Below, in pieces: positions 17,910 through 27,806 of a DNA stretch of 64,000 nt. The DNA is taken from the NCBI GenBank assembly GCA_965242525.1, contig OZ251459.1:2464001-2528000 (forward strand), given 5' to 3'. The position numbers and the translations under genes are program-made. A model generated the notes under the pieces. It was not told where the DNA came from. It ran no database searches and saw only the letters and a program-made list of their open reading frames with translations. The number at the start of each line of letters is the position of its first letter. The stretch's first letter is position 1. The DNA comes from an uncultured Candidatus Binatia bacterium (GTDB taxonomy: Bacteria > Desulfobacterota > Binatia > UBA9968 > JAJDTQ01).

Positions 17910-18860
17910 ATGAGCTACGCACACCGGCCCGTCATGCTCCGCGAGGCGCTGGAGCTCCTCGCGCCCCGGCCGTCGCGGAGGTATCTCGACGCCACCGTGG
18001 GCGGGGGCGGGCACGCCCGGGAGATACTGCGCCGGTCGTCCCCGGACGGGGCGCTGCTGGGCCTCGACTGGGACGACCGGGCCATCGACGCCGCGGGGCG
18101 CGCGCTGGCCCGCTTCGGCGAGCGGGCGGTCCTGCGCCGCTCGGAGTTCACCCGGGCCCGGGAGGTCCTGGACCAGGTGGGTTGGCCGGGAGTGGACGGC
18201 GTGCTGCTGGACCTGGGCCTGTCCTCCCACCACCTGGACGCGCCGGAGCGGGGTTTCGGTTTCCTCGGCGACGCCCGCCTCGACATGCGCATGGACCGGC
18301 GCCGCCCGGTGGACGCCCGGGAGATCGTGAACACCCTGCCGGTGCGGGACCTGGAGAAAGTCATCCGGGACTTCGGCGAAGAGCCCCGGGCCCGCCGCAT
18401 CGCGTTGGCCATCGACGCGCAGCGTCGAAGGGGCGCCATCGAGACCACCCGGACGCTGGCGGAGACCGTGGCCCGGGCCCTGGGCGCAGCCGGACGACGG
18501 CGCCCGGGGGCGAGGCCGCGGACCCACCCGGCCACCCGGACGTTCCAGGCCGTGCGCATCGCGGTGAACCGGGAGTTGGAGAACCTGGAGTCGTTCCTGG
18601 GGTCGGCCTACGAGCTGCTGCGCGCCGGGGGGCGTCTCGTGATCATCTCGTTCCATTCGCTGGAGGACAGGCTGGTGAAGCGCGCGTTCCGGAAGTGGGG
18701 CCGGGACTGCCTCTGCCCGCCCCGGATCCCCGGCTGCGTCTGCGGCTGGGACCGGAAGGCCACCGCCCTCACCCGCAAGCCGCGGGTGCCCACCAGCGAG
18801 GAGGTGGAAGTCAACCCCAGGGCCCGCTCGGCCAGGCTCCGGGCGGTGGAGAGGATCTAG
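17910..18860 (+). CDS. rsmH: 16S rRNA m4C1402 methyltransferase
   Basis: HRPVML, DATVGGGGH, DLGLSS, LDMRMD, HPATRTFQA, ISFHSLEDR, NPRARSARLR. Confidence 0.96.
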   Translation: MSYAHRPVMLREALELLAPRPSRRYLDATVGGGGHAREILRRSSPDGALLGLDWDDRAIDAAGRALARFGERAVLRRSEFTRAREVLDQVGWPGVDGVLLDLGLSSHHLDAPERGFGFLGDARLDMRMDRRRPVDAREIVNTLPVRDLEKVIRDFGEEPRARRIALAIDAQRRRGAIETTRTLAETVARALGAAGRRRPGARPRTHPATRTFQAVRIAVNRELENLESFLGSAYELLRAGGRLVIISFHSLEDRLVKRAFRKWGRDCLCPPRIPGCVCGWDRKATALTRKPRVPTSEEVEVNPRARSARLRAVERI

Positions 18861-18933
18861 CGCCCCGGGCGGGCGCAGGGTCCCGGCGGCGCCGGGCTCC
18901 GCTCCGTCCCCGGCGCGACCCGTGAGACGAAAC

Positions 18934-19284
18934 ATGAGGGCCTCCCGAAGAAGACCCGATCCGACCCCGTACCTCCCCGGTCTGCGGCAGGCCGCCGGAC
19001 CCCCGGAGCCCCGGCGGCACGTGTTCCTCCCGGTGGCGCTGAGCGTCCTGCTGGCGGCGTTGGCGCTGCTGCTGGTCTGGCAGCGCCTGCGCGTGGTGCA
19101 ACTCGGGTACGTGCTTTCCAGCGCCACCAAGCTGGAGCGCCGGTTGGAGCAGAAGAACCGCGAGTTGAAGATCGAGTTGGCGACGTTGACCGCGCCCGAG
19201 CGCCTGGAGTCCATGGCCCGGGAGCGGCTCGGGCTCCAGGAGCCCCACGCGAAACAGTTGGTGGAGTTGGGGGCGCTGCCGTGA
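18934..19284 (+). CDS. ftsL: Cell division protein FtsL
   Basis: Single TM plus coiled coil ELKIELATLTAPERLESMARERLGL; between rsmH and ftsI. Confidence 0.85.
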   Translation: MRASRRRPDPTPYLPGLRQAAGPPEPRRHVFLPVALSVLLAALALLLVWQRLRVVQLGYVLSSATKLERRLEQKNRELKIELATLTAPERLESMARERLGLQEPHAKQLVELGALP

Positions 19285-21230
19285 AGAAGGACGAGGAACG
19301 GGAACGGCGGCCGTCCACGCTTCGGCTGCGCCTGGCCGGCGGCCTGCTGCTGGCCCTGCTGCTGGCGGTGGCGGTCCGGGCCGTCCATCTCCAGGCGTTC
19401 GAGGGCGCGAAGCTGGCGCGCATGGCGGAGAAGCAGCACCTCCAGGAGTTGACCGTGGCGCCCAAGCGCGGCTCCATCGTCAGCCGCAACGGCCAGCCGC
19501 TGGCCATCAGCATCGAGGCCCAGTCGGTGTACGTGAGGCCCCGGCGCATGAGCGCCGCCGCGGACGCGGCCCCGGAGATCGCCCGGGCCCTGGACCTGGA
19601 ACGCCGGGAGGTGCTCCGCAAGGTCGCCTCCGACAAGCCCTTCGTGTGGCTCAAGCGGCAAGTGACGCCGCGCGAGGCCGAACGGGTCAGGGCCCTCGAC
19701 CTCGAGGGCGTGGGCCTGCACCACGAGACCAGGCGCTACTATCCGCAGGGCCACCTTGCCGGACAGGCCCTGGGCCCGGTGGGAAGGGACGCCCAGGGGC
19801 TGGAGGGGATCGAGCAGAGCTACGACCGCTACATCCGCGGCCGGACCCGCTCTTCGCTGGTGGAACGGGACGCGCTGGGCCGCCGGGTCATGGTGGCGGG
19901 GGTGGACGACCTCCAGAGCCGGCCCGGGGCCGAGGTGCGGCTGACCCTGGACACCACCCTGCAGCACCTGGCCGAAAAGCACCTGGAAGCCGCGGTGAAG
20001 CAGTTCCGCGCCAAGGGGGGCGCAGTGGTGATGGTGGACCCGTCCACCGGCGCGGTCCTGGCCCTGGCCAGCTACCCGTTCTTCGACCCCAACCGGTTCG
20101 GTTCCCAGGACCGGGACCGGTGGCGCATCCGCGCGGTCACGGACACCTACGAGCCGGGCTCGGTCTTCAAGGCGGTGCTGGCCGCGGCCGCCCTGGAAGA
20201 CGGAGTGGCCGCCCCCGAGGACCCGATCTTCTGCGAGTTGGGCCGCTACCGGTACGGCGGACGCACCATCCACGACTTCAAGGAATACGGCTGGCTGTCG
20301 TTCGCCCAGGTGCTCCACCTCTCCAGCAACATCGGCGTGGTCAAGGTGGCCCACAACCTCGGGAAGGCGCGGTACCACCGTTACATCCAGCGTTTCGGCT
20401 TCGGCCGGAAGACCGGGATCGATCTTCCCGGGGAGGCGTCCGGCACGGTGCGGCCGCACCGCCAGTGGTACGCCATCGACCTTGCCGCGGCTTCCTTCGG
20501 GCAGTCCATCGCCGTGACCCCCATGCAGATGGTCATGGCCTTCTCGGCCATCGCCAACGGCGGCCTGCTGCTGAAGCCTTACGTGGTGGAGCAGGTGTCG
20601 GGGGAGGACGGCCAAGTGCTGTTGCGGAACGGGCGCAAGGTGGTGCGGCGGGTGGTCTCCAGGGCCACCGCCCGCACGGTGGCGGACATGCTGAAGGGCG
20701 TGGTGGCCGAGGGCGGCACCGGCGCCGGGGCGGCTCTCGCGGGGTTCGAGGCGGCGGGCAAGACCGGCACGTCCCAGAAGGCCGACACGGTCAAAGGCGG
20801 CTATTCCGAGACCGGGCGGGTGGCCTCGTTCGTGGGCTTCGCACCCGCGCACGAGCCCCGTTTCGTCCTCCTGACCCTGGTGGACGAGCCCACGGTCAGC
20901 GTCTATGGGGGCGTGGTCGCGGCGCCGCTGTTCCGCCGCATCGCCGGTCCCGCCCTGCACGCCATGGGAGCGGCTCCGAGCCGGACGCTGCCGCCGCCGG
21001 CGCTGCCGGGCAAGGACGGCGGCATCCTGCGGGTGTCCCGGACGGACCCCGGGGGCCGGAAGAAGGGCCGCGGCGACGGCCCCGGCAGCCTGGTGGGCCT
21101 GAGCATGCGCGAGGCCGTGGCCAGGGCCAAGGAACTGGGGTTCTCCGTGGTCCTCCAAGGCCACGGCTACGTGGTGGAACAGCGCGCCGACGGCGACCGC
21201 GGCCGTCTGGTGCTGAAGTTGAAGGACTGA
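19281..21230 (+). CDS. ftsI: Peptidoglycan transpeptidase FtsI/PBP3
   Basis: RGSIVSRNG, YEPGSVFK (SxxK), SSN, KTGT; degenerate PASTA-like C-terminus. Confidence 0.94.
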   Translation: MKKDEERERRPSTLRLRLAGGLLLALLLAVAVRAVHLQAFEGAKLARMAEKQHLQELTVAPKRGSIVSRNGQPLAISIEAQSVYVRPRRMSAAADAAPEIARALDLERREVLRKVASDKPFVWLKRQVTPREAERVRALDLEGVGLHHETRRYYPQGHLAGQALGPVGRDAQGLEGIEQSYDRYIRGRTRSSLVERDALGRRVMVAGVDDLQSRPGAEVRLTLDTTLQHLAEKHLEAAVKQFRAKGGAVVMVDPSTGAVLALASYPFFDPNRFGSQDRDRWRIRAVTDTYEPGSVFKAVLAAAALEDGVAAPEDPIFCELGRYRYGGRTIHDFKEYGWLSFAQVLHLSSNIGVVKVAHNLGKARYHRYIQRFGFGRKTGIDLPGEASGTVRPHRQWYAIDLAAASFGQSIAVTPMQMVMAFSAIANGGLLLKPYVVEQVSGEDGQVLLRNGRKVVRRVVSRATARTVADMLKGVVAEGGTGAGAALAGFEAAGKTGTSQKADTVKGGYSETGRVASFVGFAPAHEPRFVLLTLVDEPTVSVYGGVVAAPLFRRIAGPALHAMGAAPSRTLPPPALPGKDGGILRVSRTDPGGRKKGRGDGPGSLVGLSMREAVARAKELGFSVVLQGHGYVVEQRADGDRGRLVLKLKD

Positions 21231-21235
21231 AGTCG

Positions 21236-22774
21236 ATGCTGCTCCGGGAACTCCTGCACGCGCCGGACGTCCGGGACGAAAGCGGCCCGCTGGAACGTCC
21301 CGTCCGGGGACTCGCCTGCGATTCCCGCAGGGTCGAGGACGGCTACGCCTTCTTCGCCCTGCCGGGACGGCTCGCCGACGGCCACGACTTCGTGGGCGAC
21401 GCGGTGGACCGGGGGGCCGCGGCCGTGGTGGTGGAGCGGCCGGTCCCGGCCCCGCCCGAGGCCGCCTGCGTCCGGGTGTCCGACACCCGGCGGGCCATGG
21501 CCCACGCGGCCGCGGCGTTCTTCGGGCGTCCGAGCCGCGGCTTGGTGCTGGTGGGGGTCACCGGCACCAACGGCAAGACCACGGTGACCTACCTGCTGGA
21601 GTCCATCTTCACCGCGGCCGGCGGTCCGTGCGGGGTCATCGGCACCATCGAGCAGCGTTACGGCGAGTGGCGGCGGCCTTCGCCCCTGACCACTCCCGAG
21701 TCCATCGACATCGAGGAGCTGCTGTCCGACATGGCGCGCGCGGGCGTGCGGTTCGTGGCCATGGAGGTCTCCTCCCACGCCCTGGACATGCACCGGGCGC
21801 ACGGCCTGGACTTCGACTGCGCGGTCTTCACCAACCTCTCCCGCGACCACCTGGACTACCACCGGGACATGGAGGCCTACTTCCTCAGCAAGGCGCGGTT
21901 GTTCACGGACTGCCTGCCCGCCAGCGTCAAGGACCGGCGGGTGGCGGTGGTCAACGCCGACGACCCACGGGGACCCGGGTTGATGCGTCTCGCCGAGGAC
22001 GCGGGGGTCGAAGCCCTCGCCTACGGCCGGTCCCCCCGATGGGACGTCCATCCCCTCGACTACGAGAGCGGCATGGAAGGCTTGCGGGGGACCCTCCGAT
22101 GCGGACCCCGGCGCATCGAGTTCGAGTCCCCGCTCGTGGGCGAGCCGAACCTGGAGAACGTCCTGGCCGCGGCCGGCGCCGCGTGGGCGCTGGGGGTGGA
22201 AGCGGACGCCATCGCCGCGGGGATCTCGCGTCTCCAACGGGTGCCGGGCCGCCTGGAGCGGGTCCCCAACGGCCTGGGGATCACCCTGGTGGTGGACTAT
22301 GCGCATACGCCGGACGCGCTGGCCAGGGCCGCCCGCACCCTGCGTACGCTCACCCGCGCGAGGCTGGTCACGGTGTTCGGCTGCGGCGGCGACCGGGACC
22401 CGGGGAAGCGCCCGGTCATGGGCGAGGCCGCCGCGGGGGAAAGCGACTGTGTGGTGCTCACCTCCGACAACCCGCGGAGCGAGGACCCGCTGGAGATCAT
22501 CCGCGGCATCGAGGAGGGGGTCCTGCGCAGCGGCATGACCCGGCGCCGGGGCCCGGCGGCCGCGGGAGAGGCCGGATACCGGGTGGAGCCGGACCGGCGC
22601 GCAGCCATCCGCATGGGCATTGCGCTGGCGGCCCCGGGGGACGTGGTGCTGGTGGCCGGCAAGGGCCACGAAGACTACCAGATCCTGGGGGACCGGAGGA
22701 TCGATTTCGACGACCGCCAGGTGCTGCGGGAAGAGTTGGAGCGCGTAGGCGGGCTGGACCGGGCCTGCGGTTGA
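21236..22774 (+). CDS. murE: UDP-MurNAc-tripeptide synthetase (mDAP-type)
   Basis: GVTGTNGKTT, MEVSSH, DYAHTPD, DNPR, GKGHEDYQ. Confidence 0.96.
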   Translation: MLLRELLHAPDVRDESGPLERPVRGLACDSRRVEDGYAFFALPGRLADGHDFVGDAVDRGAAAVVVERPVPAPPEAACVRVSDTRRAMAHAAAAFFGRPSRGLVLVGVTGTNGKTTVTYLLESIFTAAGGPCGVIGTIEQRYGEWRRPSPLTTPESIDIEELLSDMARAGVRFVAMEVSSHALDMHRAHGLDFDCAVFTNLSRDHLDYHRDMEAYFLSKARLFTDCLPASVKDRRVAVVNADDPRGPGLMRLAEDAGVEALAYGRSPRWDVHPLDYESGMEGLRGTLRCGPRRIEFESPLVGEPNLENVLAAAGAAWALGVEADAIAAGISRLQRVPGRLERVPNGLGITLVVDYAHTPDALARAARTLRTLTRARLVTVFGCGGDRDPGKRPVMGEAAAGESDCVVLTSDNPRSEDPLEIIRGIEEGVLRSGMTRRRGPAAAGEAGYRVEPDRRAAIRMGIALAAPGDVVLVAGKGHEDYQILGDRRIDFDDRQVLREELERVGGLDRACG

Positions 22775-22811
22775 GGGAGGTCCGGTCGGGTTCCCGGTTA
22801 CGAGACGCCCC

Positions 22812-24209
22812 ATGGAGTGGACCATCGAAGAGTTGGCGCGAGCCGCCAAGGGGACCATCGTGCAGCGCGGCGCCGCGGGCAGGTTCGGCCACGTCAGCAC
22901 GGACTCGCGTCAGGTGCGCGAGGACGGCGTGTTCGTGGCCCTCCGGGGAGAGGTCCGGGACGGCCACGCCTTCGCGGCCGAAGCGGTGCGCCGGGGCGGC
23001 GGTTGCCTCGTGGTGGACCGGGACGTGCGCGGCCCGGCCCGGGTGTCGGTGGTCCGCGTGCGCGACACCCTGCGGGCGCTGGGGGACATGGCCCATTTCC
23101 ACCGTCGGAAGCTGGCGCCCCGGGTGTTGGCCATCACCGGCTCCAACGGGAAGACCACCACCAAGGAGATGCTCTTCTCGATCCTGCAGCGCGCGCGCGT
23201 GGAGGACCGTCCGTTGCGCGGAAAGGTGCTGAAGACCGAGGGCAACTACAACAACCTGGTGGGCCTGCCGCTGACGTTGCTGCGCCTTCGGGGGAACGAA
23301 CGCGCCGCGGTGGTGGAGTTGGGCACCAGCCGCCCGGGGGAGATCCGGCGGCTCACGGCCATCGCCGACCCGGACTTGGCCCTGGTCACCTCGGTGGCCC
23401 CGGCGCACCTTTCCGGGCTGGGGACCCTCGCCGGAGTGGCCCGGGAGAAGGGGGCCCTGTTCCGGGGCATGAGTCCGCGCGGCGCCGCGGTGGTGAACCT
23501 GGACGACGAGCGGGTGGCGCGGCAGGGCCGGAGCTTCGAGGGCCGGGTGGTGACCTACGGCGCCCGCGGGTTCGTTCGCGGCGAGGACCCGGAGACGCTC
23601 CCCGGCGGCCGGCTGCGCTTCCACCTTCGGGTGGGCCGGGTGCGGCAGCCGGTGCGCCTGCGCCTGTGCGGCGCGCACAACGTGGGGAACGCAGTGGGGG
23701 CCGCGGCCATGGCCCACGCCTTCGGCGCGGACGCGGCCGCCATAAGGAAAGGCCTGGAGGCGGTGCGGCCCGCGCCCATGCGCATGCAGGTGGAGCGCCG
23801 GCGCGGCGTCGGCTTCATCAACGACGCCTACAACGCCAACCCGGCCTCCATGGAGGCGGCGCTGGCGGCGTTGCAGGCGGTCCCCGGACGCGGACGGAAG
23901 ATCGCCGTGCTGGGGGACATGCTGGAGCTGGGCAGGGACGAGGCGGCCTGCCACCGCCGGCTCGGAGCGGCCGCGGCGGGCTCCGGCCTGGACGCCCTCT
24001 ACCTGTTGGGCCGCTTCGCCCGGGACACCCGGCAGGGCGCCCTGGATTCGGGCATGCGCCGGTCGCTGGTGCGGGTGGGGGCGAGCCACGGGAAGCTTGC
24101 GGCGGAACTCCGCGGCGCGCTTCGCAAGGGCGACTGGGTGCTGGTCAAGGGTTCCCGGGGCGCGGCCATGGAAAGGGTCCTGGCCGCCCTGGACGACGAA
24201 GGAGCGTAG
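22812..24209 (+). CDS. murF: UDP-MurNAc-pentapeptide synthetase
   Basis: ITGSNGKTTTKE, NNLVGLP, NDAYNANP, LGDMLELG, VKGSR. Confidence 0.96.
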   Translation: MEWTIEELARAAKGTIVQRGAAGRFGHVSTDSRQVREDGVFVALRGEVRDGHAFAAEAVRRGGGCLVVDRDVRGPARVSVVRVRDTLRALGDMAHFHRRKLAPRVLAITGSNGKTTTKEMLFSILQRARVEDRPLRGKVLKTEGNYNNLVGLPLTLLRLRGNERAAVVELGTSRPGEIRRLTAIADPDLALVTSVAPAHLSGLGTLAGVAREKGALFRGMSPRGAAVVNLDDERVARQGRSFEGRVVTYGARGFVRGEDPETLPGGRLRFHLRVGRVRQPVRLRLCGAHNVGNAVGAAAMAHAFGADAAAIRKGLEAVRPAPMRMQVERRRGVGFINDAYNANPASMEAALAALQAVPGRGRKIAVLGDMLELGRDEAACHRRLGAAAAGSGLDALYLLGRFARDTRQGALDSGMRRSLVRVGASHGKLAAELRGALRKGDWVLVKGSRGAAMERVLAALDDEGA

Positions 24210-24213
24210 CCCG

Positions 24214-25290
24214 GTGCTGTACCTCTTGCTGTTGCCCCTGTACCCGGCGTTCCCGGTCTTCAACGTGTTCCGCTACATCACGTTCCGCGCGGCCCTGGCC
24301 GCGCTGGTGTCGCTGTTGCTGTCGCTGGTCATCGGCCCCTACCTCATCCGCGCCCTGAAGGACTGGCAGATCGGGCAGCCGGTCCGGGACGACGGTCCGG
24401 CCCGCCACGCCGGAAAGGCCGGCACCCCCACCATGGGCGGGGCCCTGATCGTGCTCTCCCTGGTGCTCTCCACCCTGCTGGTGGGGGACGTCACCAACGT
24501 CTATGTGCTGGTGGTGCTGGCGGTGACCGTGGGGTTCGCCGCCATCGGCTTCGTGGACGACTGCCTGAAGCTCAGGAGCAAGAGCAGCAAGGGGCTGGGC
24601 ATGTGGGGCAAGCTGCTCCCCCAGGTGGCGGTGGCCGCCGCGGCCGCGGTGGCCCTCTACCTGGACGGGGACTTCAGCAGCACCCTGGCGGTCCCCTTCT
24701 TCAAGAACGTGCAGCCGGACCTGGGGGTCTGGTACGTCCCGTTCGCGGTGGTGGTGATCGTGGGGGCCTCCAACGCGGTGAACCTGACGGACGGCCTGGA
24801 CGGGCTGGCCATCGGCCCCATCATGACCGCGGCGGCCACCTATGCCCTGATCGTCTATCTGGCGGGCCACGTGCGGTTCGCCGAGTACCTCCAGATACCC
24901 TACGTGTCGCGGGTGGGCGAGTTGTCGGTGTTCTGCGCCGCCATGGCGGCCGCGGGCCTGGGCTTCCTCTGGTTCAACGCCTATCCCGCGCAGATGTTCA
25001 TGGGGGACGTGGGTTCGCTGGGGTTGGGAGCGGCCCTGGGCATCGTCGCGGTGGTGAGCAAGAACGAGATCCTGCTGGCGGTGGTGGGGGGGATCTTCGT
25101 GCTGGAGGCCCTGTCCGTGGTCATCCAGGTGGCCTCCTACAAACTGCGCGGCAAGCGGGTCTTCCTCATGGCCCCCTTCCACCACCACTACGAGCTCAAG
25201 GGCTGGCCGGAGCCGCAGATCATCGTGCGGTTCTGGATCGTGTCGATCATCTGCGCGCTGTTCGCGCTGAGCACGCTGAAGCTGCGCTGA
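24214..25290 (+). CDS. mraY: Phospho-MurNAc-pentapeptide transferase
   Basis: KAGTPTMGG, NAVNLTDGLDGL, FMGDVGS, MAPFHHHYE. Confidence 0.96.
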   Translation: MLYLLLLPLYPAFPVFNVFRYITFRAALAALVSLLLSLVIGPYLIRALKDWQIGQPVRDDGPARHAGKAGTPTMGGALIVLSLVLSTLLVGDVTNVYVLVVLAVTVGFAAIGFVDDCLKLRSKSSKGLGMWGKLLPQVAVAAAAAVALYLDGDFSSTLAVPFFKNVQPDLGVWYVPFAVVVIVGASNAVNLTDGLDGLAIGPIMTAAATYALIVYLAGHVRFAEYLQIPYVSRVGELSVFCAAMAAAGLGFLWFNAYPAQMFMGDVGSLGLGAALGIVAVVSKNEILLAVVGGIFVLEALSVVIQVASYKLRGKRVFLMAPFHHHYELKGWPEPQIIVRFWIVSIICALFALSTLKLR

Positions 25291-25356
25291 GGGATGGACG
25301 GATGGTCGGCGGTGGAGCGCAGGGCGGAGGCGCCGGGAACCGGCGCGAGACCGGAG

Positions 25357-26691
25357 ATGGACGTCGAAGGCAGGAAGGTCATGGTGGTCGGCCTGGCGCG
25401 GACGGGCCTGGCCGCGGCGCGGTTCCTTGCGCGCCGGGGCGCGCGGGTGGTGGCGGTGGACGCCCGTGAGGAAGCGCGCATGTCCGAGGCCCGGAGCGAA
25501 CTGTCGCGGTTGCCGGTGACCTGCCGTTTCGGGCGGGAGGAGACCCGGTGGCTCGACGGCGTGGAAGCGGTGGTGCCGAGCCCCGGAGTGCCGAAGGAGA
25601 ACCCGTTGCTGGCGGAAGCCGCCCTTCGGGGCATCGAAGTGCTGAGCGAGGTCGAGTTGGCGGCGCGGTGCGGCCGCACCCCGCTGGCGGCCATTACCGG
25701 CACCAACGGGAAGACCACCACCACGCGGCTGCTGGGGGAGATCCTCGGGGCCGCGGGACTGCGGGTCTTCGTGGGCGGCAACATCGGCGCCCCCCTCATC
25801 GACTTCGTGGACGGGGACTGGGACTGGGGCGTGGCGGAAGTGAGCAGCTTCCAACTGGAATGGGTGCGGGACTTCCGCCCCCGGGTGGCCCTCTGCCTCA
25901 ACCTGAGCGAGGACCACCTGGACCGTTACGACGGACTGTCGAGCTACGGCGCGGCCAAGGCGAGGATATTCGCCGCCCAGGGGCCGGACGACACGGCGGT
26001 GCTGAACCGGGACGACCCCTGGGTCTGGGGCCTGCGCCGGGAGCTCCGCGCCCGGGTGGTCTCCTTCGGCTGGTCGGAGACGGACTGGGGAGCGTTCGTG
26101 GACGGGGACGAAGTGGTCTGGCGCGGCCCGGGGACGGAAGAACGGTTCCCCCTGCGGGACGTGCGGCTGCGCGGGGTCCACAACGTCGAGAACCTCATGG
26201 CCGCGGTGTGCGCGGCCAAGGCAGTGGGCGTGGCGGGACGCCACGTCCGGGAGGCGGCCCGGCGGTTTCCCGGCGTCGAGCACCGGCTGGAGTTCGTGCG
26301 GGAGCTCGGGGGAGTGCGCTACTACAACGATTCCAAGGGCACCAACGTGGGCGCGGTGCGGAAGTCCCTGGCGAGTTTCGACGAGCCCGTGGTGCTGATC
26401 GCCGGCGGGGTGCACAAGGGAGGCGCCTACGGCCCCCTGGCGCCGCTGGTGCGGGAGCGCGTGCGGAAGCTGGTCCTGTTGGGGGCTTCCGCGGAACTGA
26501 TGAACGAGTCCCTGGGAGCGCTGACGGACACGGTCATGGTGGACGGTCTCGACGCCGCGGTGCGGGAAGCCCGGACGGCCGCCCGGGCCGGCGACGTGGT
26601 GCTGTTGTCGCCGGCGTGCTCGAGCTTCGACATGTTCGAGAGCTACGCCGAGCGGGGCCGCCTGTTCAAGGAGTTGGTGCAGGCCCTATGA
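25357..26691 (+). CDS. murD: UDP-MurNAc-L-Ala:D-Glu ligase
   Basis: GLARTG, ITGTNGKTTT, EVSSFQL, DHLDRY, NDSKGTN, LSPACSSFD. Confidence 0.96.
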   Translation: MDVEGRKVMVVGLARTGLAAARFLARRGARVVAVDAREEARMSEARSELSRLPVTCRFGREETRWLDGVEAVVPSPGVPKENPLLAEAALRGIEVLSEVELAARCGRTPLAAITGTNGKTTTTRLLGEILGAAGLRVFVGGNIGAPLIDFVDGDWDWGVAEVSSFQLEWVRDFRPRVALCLNLSEDHLDRYDGLSSYGAAKARIFAAQGPDDTAVLNRDDPWVWGLRRELRARVVSFGWSETDWGAFVDGDEVVWRGPGTEERFPLRDVRLRGVHNVENLMAAVCAAKAVGVAGRHVREAARRFPGVEHRLEFVRELGGVRYYNDSKGTNVGAVRKSLASFDEPVVLIAGGVHKGGAYGPLAPLVRERVRKLVLLGASAELMNESLGALTDTVMVDGLDAAVREARTAARAGDVVLLSPACSSFDMFESYAERGRLFKELVQAL

Positions 26692-27806
26692 GTGGCGCAG
26701 GCCCCATGAACGAGGCTCGGAACCCGGACGGCTGGATGCTCGTGAGCCTGGTGGTGCTGCTCGCCATCGGCATCACCATGGTGCTGAACACCAGCTACGT
26801 CTTCTCCCAGGAGCGCTTCGGAGACGGCACCTACCTCTTCCGCAAGCAGTTGACGGCCACCTGCGTGGGCCTCGCGGGGCTGACCGTCGCGGTGTTCCTG
26901 CGGCCGTCGGCCTACCGCCGCCTCACCGCCCCCCTGCTGATCGCGACCCTGGTGGCCCTGGTCCTGGTCCTGATCCCCGGCGTGGGCCTGAGCCGGGGCG
27001 GCGCCCAACGCTGGCTGGGGGTGCCGCCGTTCGTGTTCCAGCCGTCCGAGCTGGCCAAGGTGAGTTTCGTGCTCTACTTGGCCTGGTTCCTGTCCCGGAA
27101 GGCGGACCGGCTGCACTCGTTCGCGTACGGGGTGCTGCCGCCGCTGCTGGTGGCGAGCGCGTTCGTGGGCCTGCTGCTGGCGGAGCCGGACTTCGGCTCG
27201 GCGTTCATCCTCGCGGCGGTCTGCATGGCCATGCTGTTCGTGGCCGGGACCCGCTTGACCCACCTGGCCGCGGTGGCGTTGGCGGTGATCTCCGCGGCGG
27301 CCTTCTTCATCGTCACGGCCGACTACCGGATGAAGCGCCTGCTGACCTTCCTGGACCCCTGGAGCGATTCCGCGGCCAGCGGCTTCCAGATCATCCAGTC
27401 CTACATCGCCTTCGGTTCCGGCCAGTTGTGGGGCCGCGGCCTGGGACAGAGCCGGCAGAAGCTCCTGTACCTGCCGGAGGCCCACACGGACTTCATCTAC
27501 TCGGTGATCGGCGAGGAGTTGGGCCTGTGGGGCGCGCTGCTGGTGCTGGCCCTATTCGGCGTCCTGCTCTTCCGCGGCCTGCGGCTGGCCCTGGACAGCG
27601 AAGACCTGTTCACCCGGCTGATGGTGTTCGGCCTCGTCATGCTCCTGGGGCTCCAGGCCGTCGTGCACATGAGCGTGGTCATGGGGCTGGTGCCCACCAA
27701 GGGGCTGGTGCTGCCCTTCATCAGCTACGGGGGCTCGGCCATGGTGGTCCATCTGACGGTGGCGGGTATGCTCCTGGGGGTCTCCCGGCGGAGGGGGGAG
27801 CCATGA
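26688..27806 (+). CDS. ftsW: Peptidoglycan polymerase FtsW
   Basis: GAQRW, FQPSELAK, EPDFG, LPEAHTDFI, PTKG..LPFISYGGS. Confidence 0.95.
   Translation: MSGAGPMNEARNPDGWMLVSLVVLLAIGITMVLNTSYVFSQERFGDGTYLFRKQLTATCVGLAGLTVAVFLRPSAYRRLTAPLLIATLVALVLVLIPGVGLSRGGAQRWLGVPPFVFQPSELAKVSFVLYLAWFLSRKADRLHSFAYGVLPPLLVASAFVGLLLAEPDFGSAFILAAVCMAMLFVAGTRLTHLAAVALAVISAAAFFIVTADYRMKRLLTFLDPWSDSAASGFQIIQSYIAFGSGQLWGRGLGQSRQKLLYLPEAHTDFIYSVIGEELGLWGALLVLALFGVLLFRGLRLALDSEDLFTRLMVFGLVMLLGLQAVVHMSVVMGLVPTKGLVLPFISYGGSAMVVHLTVAGMLLGVSRRRGEP

Noticed and set aside
17451-21164. 1237-aa minus-strand ORF and similar long ORFs across the dcw cluster
   Set aside because: Antisense or alternative-frame shadows with no motifs
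19646-21235. Apparent 530-aa N-terminal extension of MurE (likewise FtsW, SmpB, GshA, PanB)
   Set aside because: Overlaps the upstream gene or leader in another frame; internal starts fit the family N-termini
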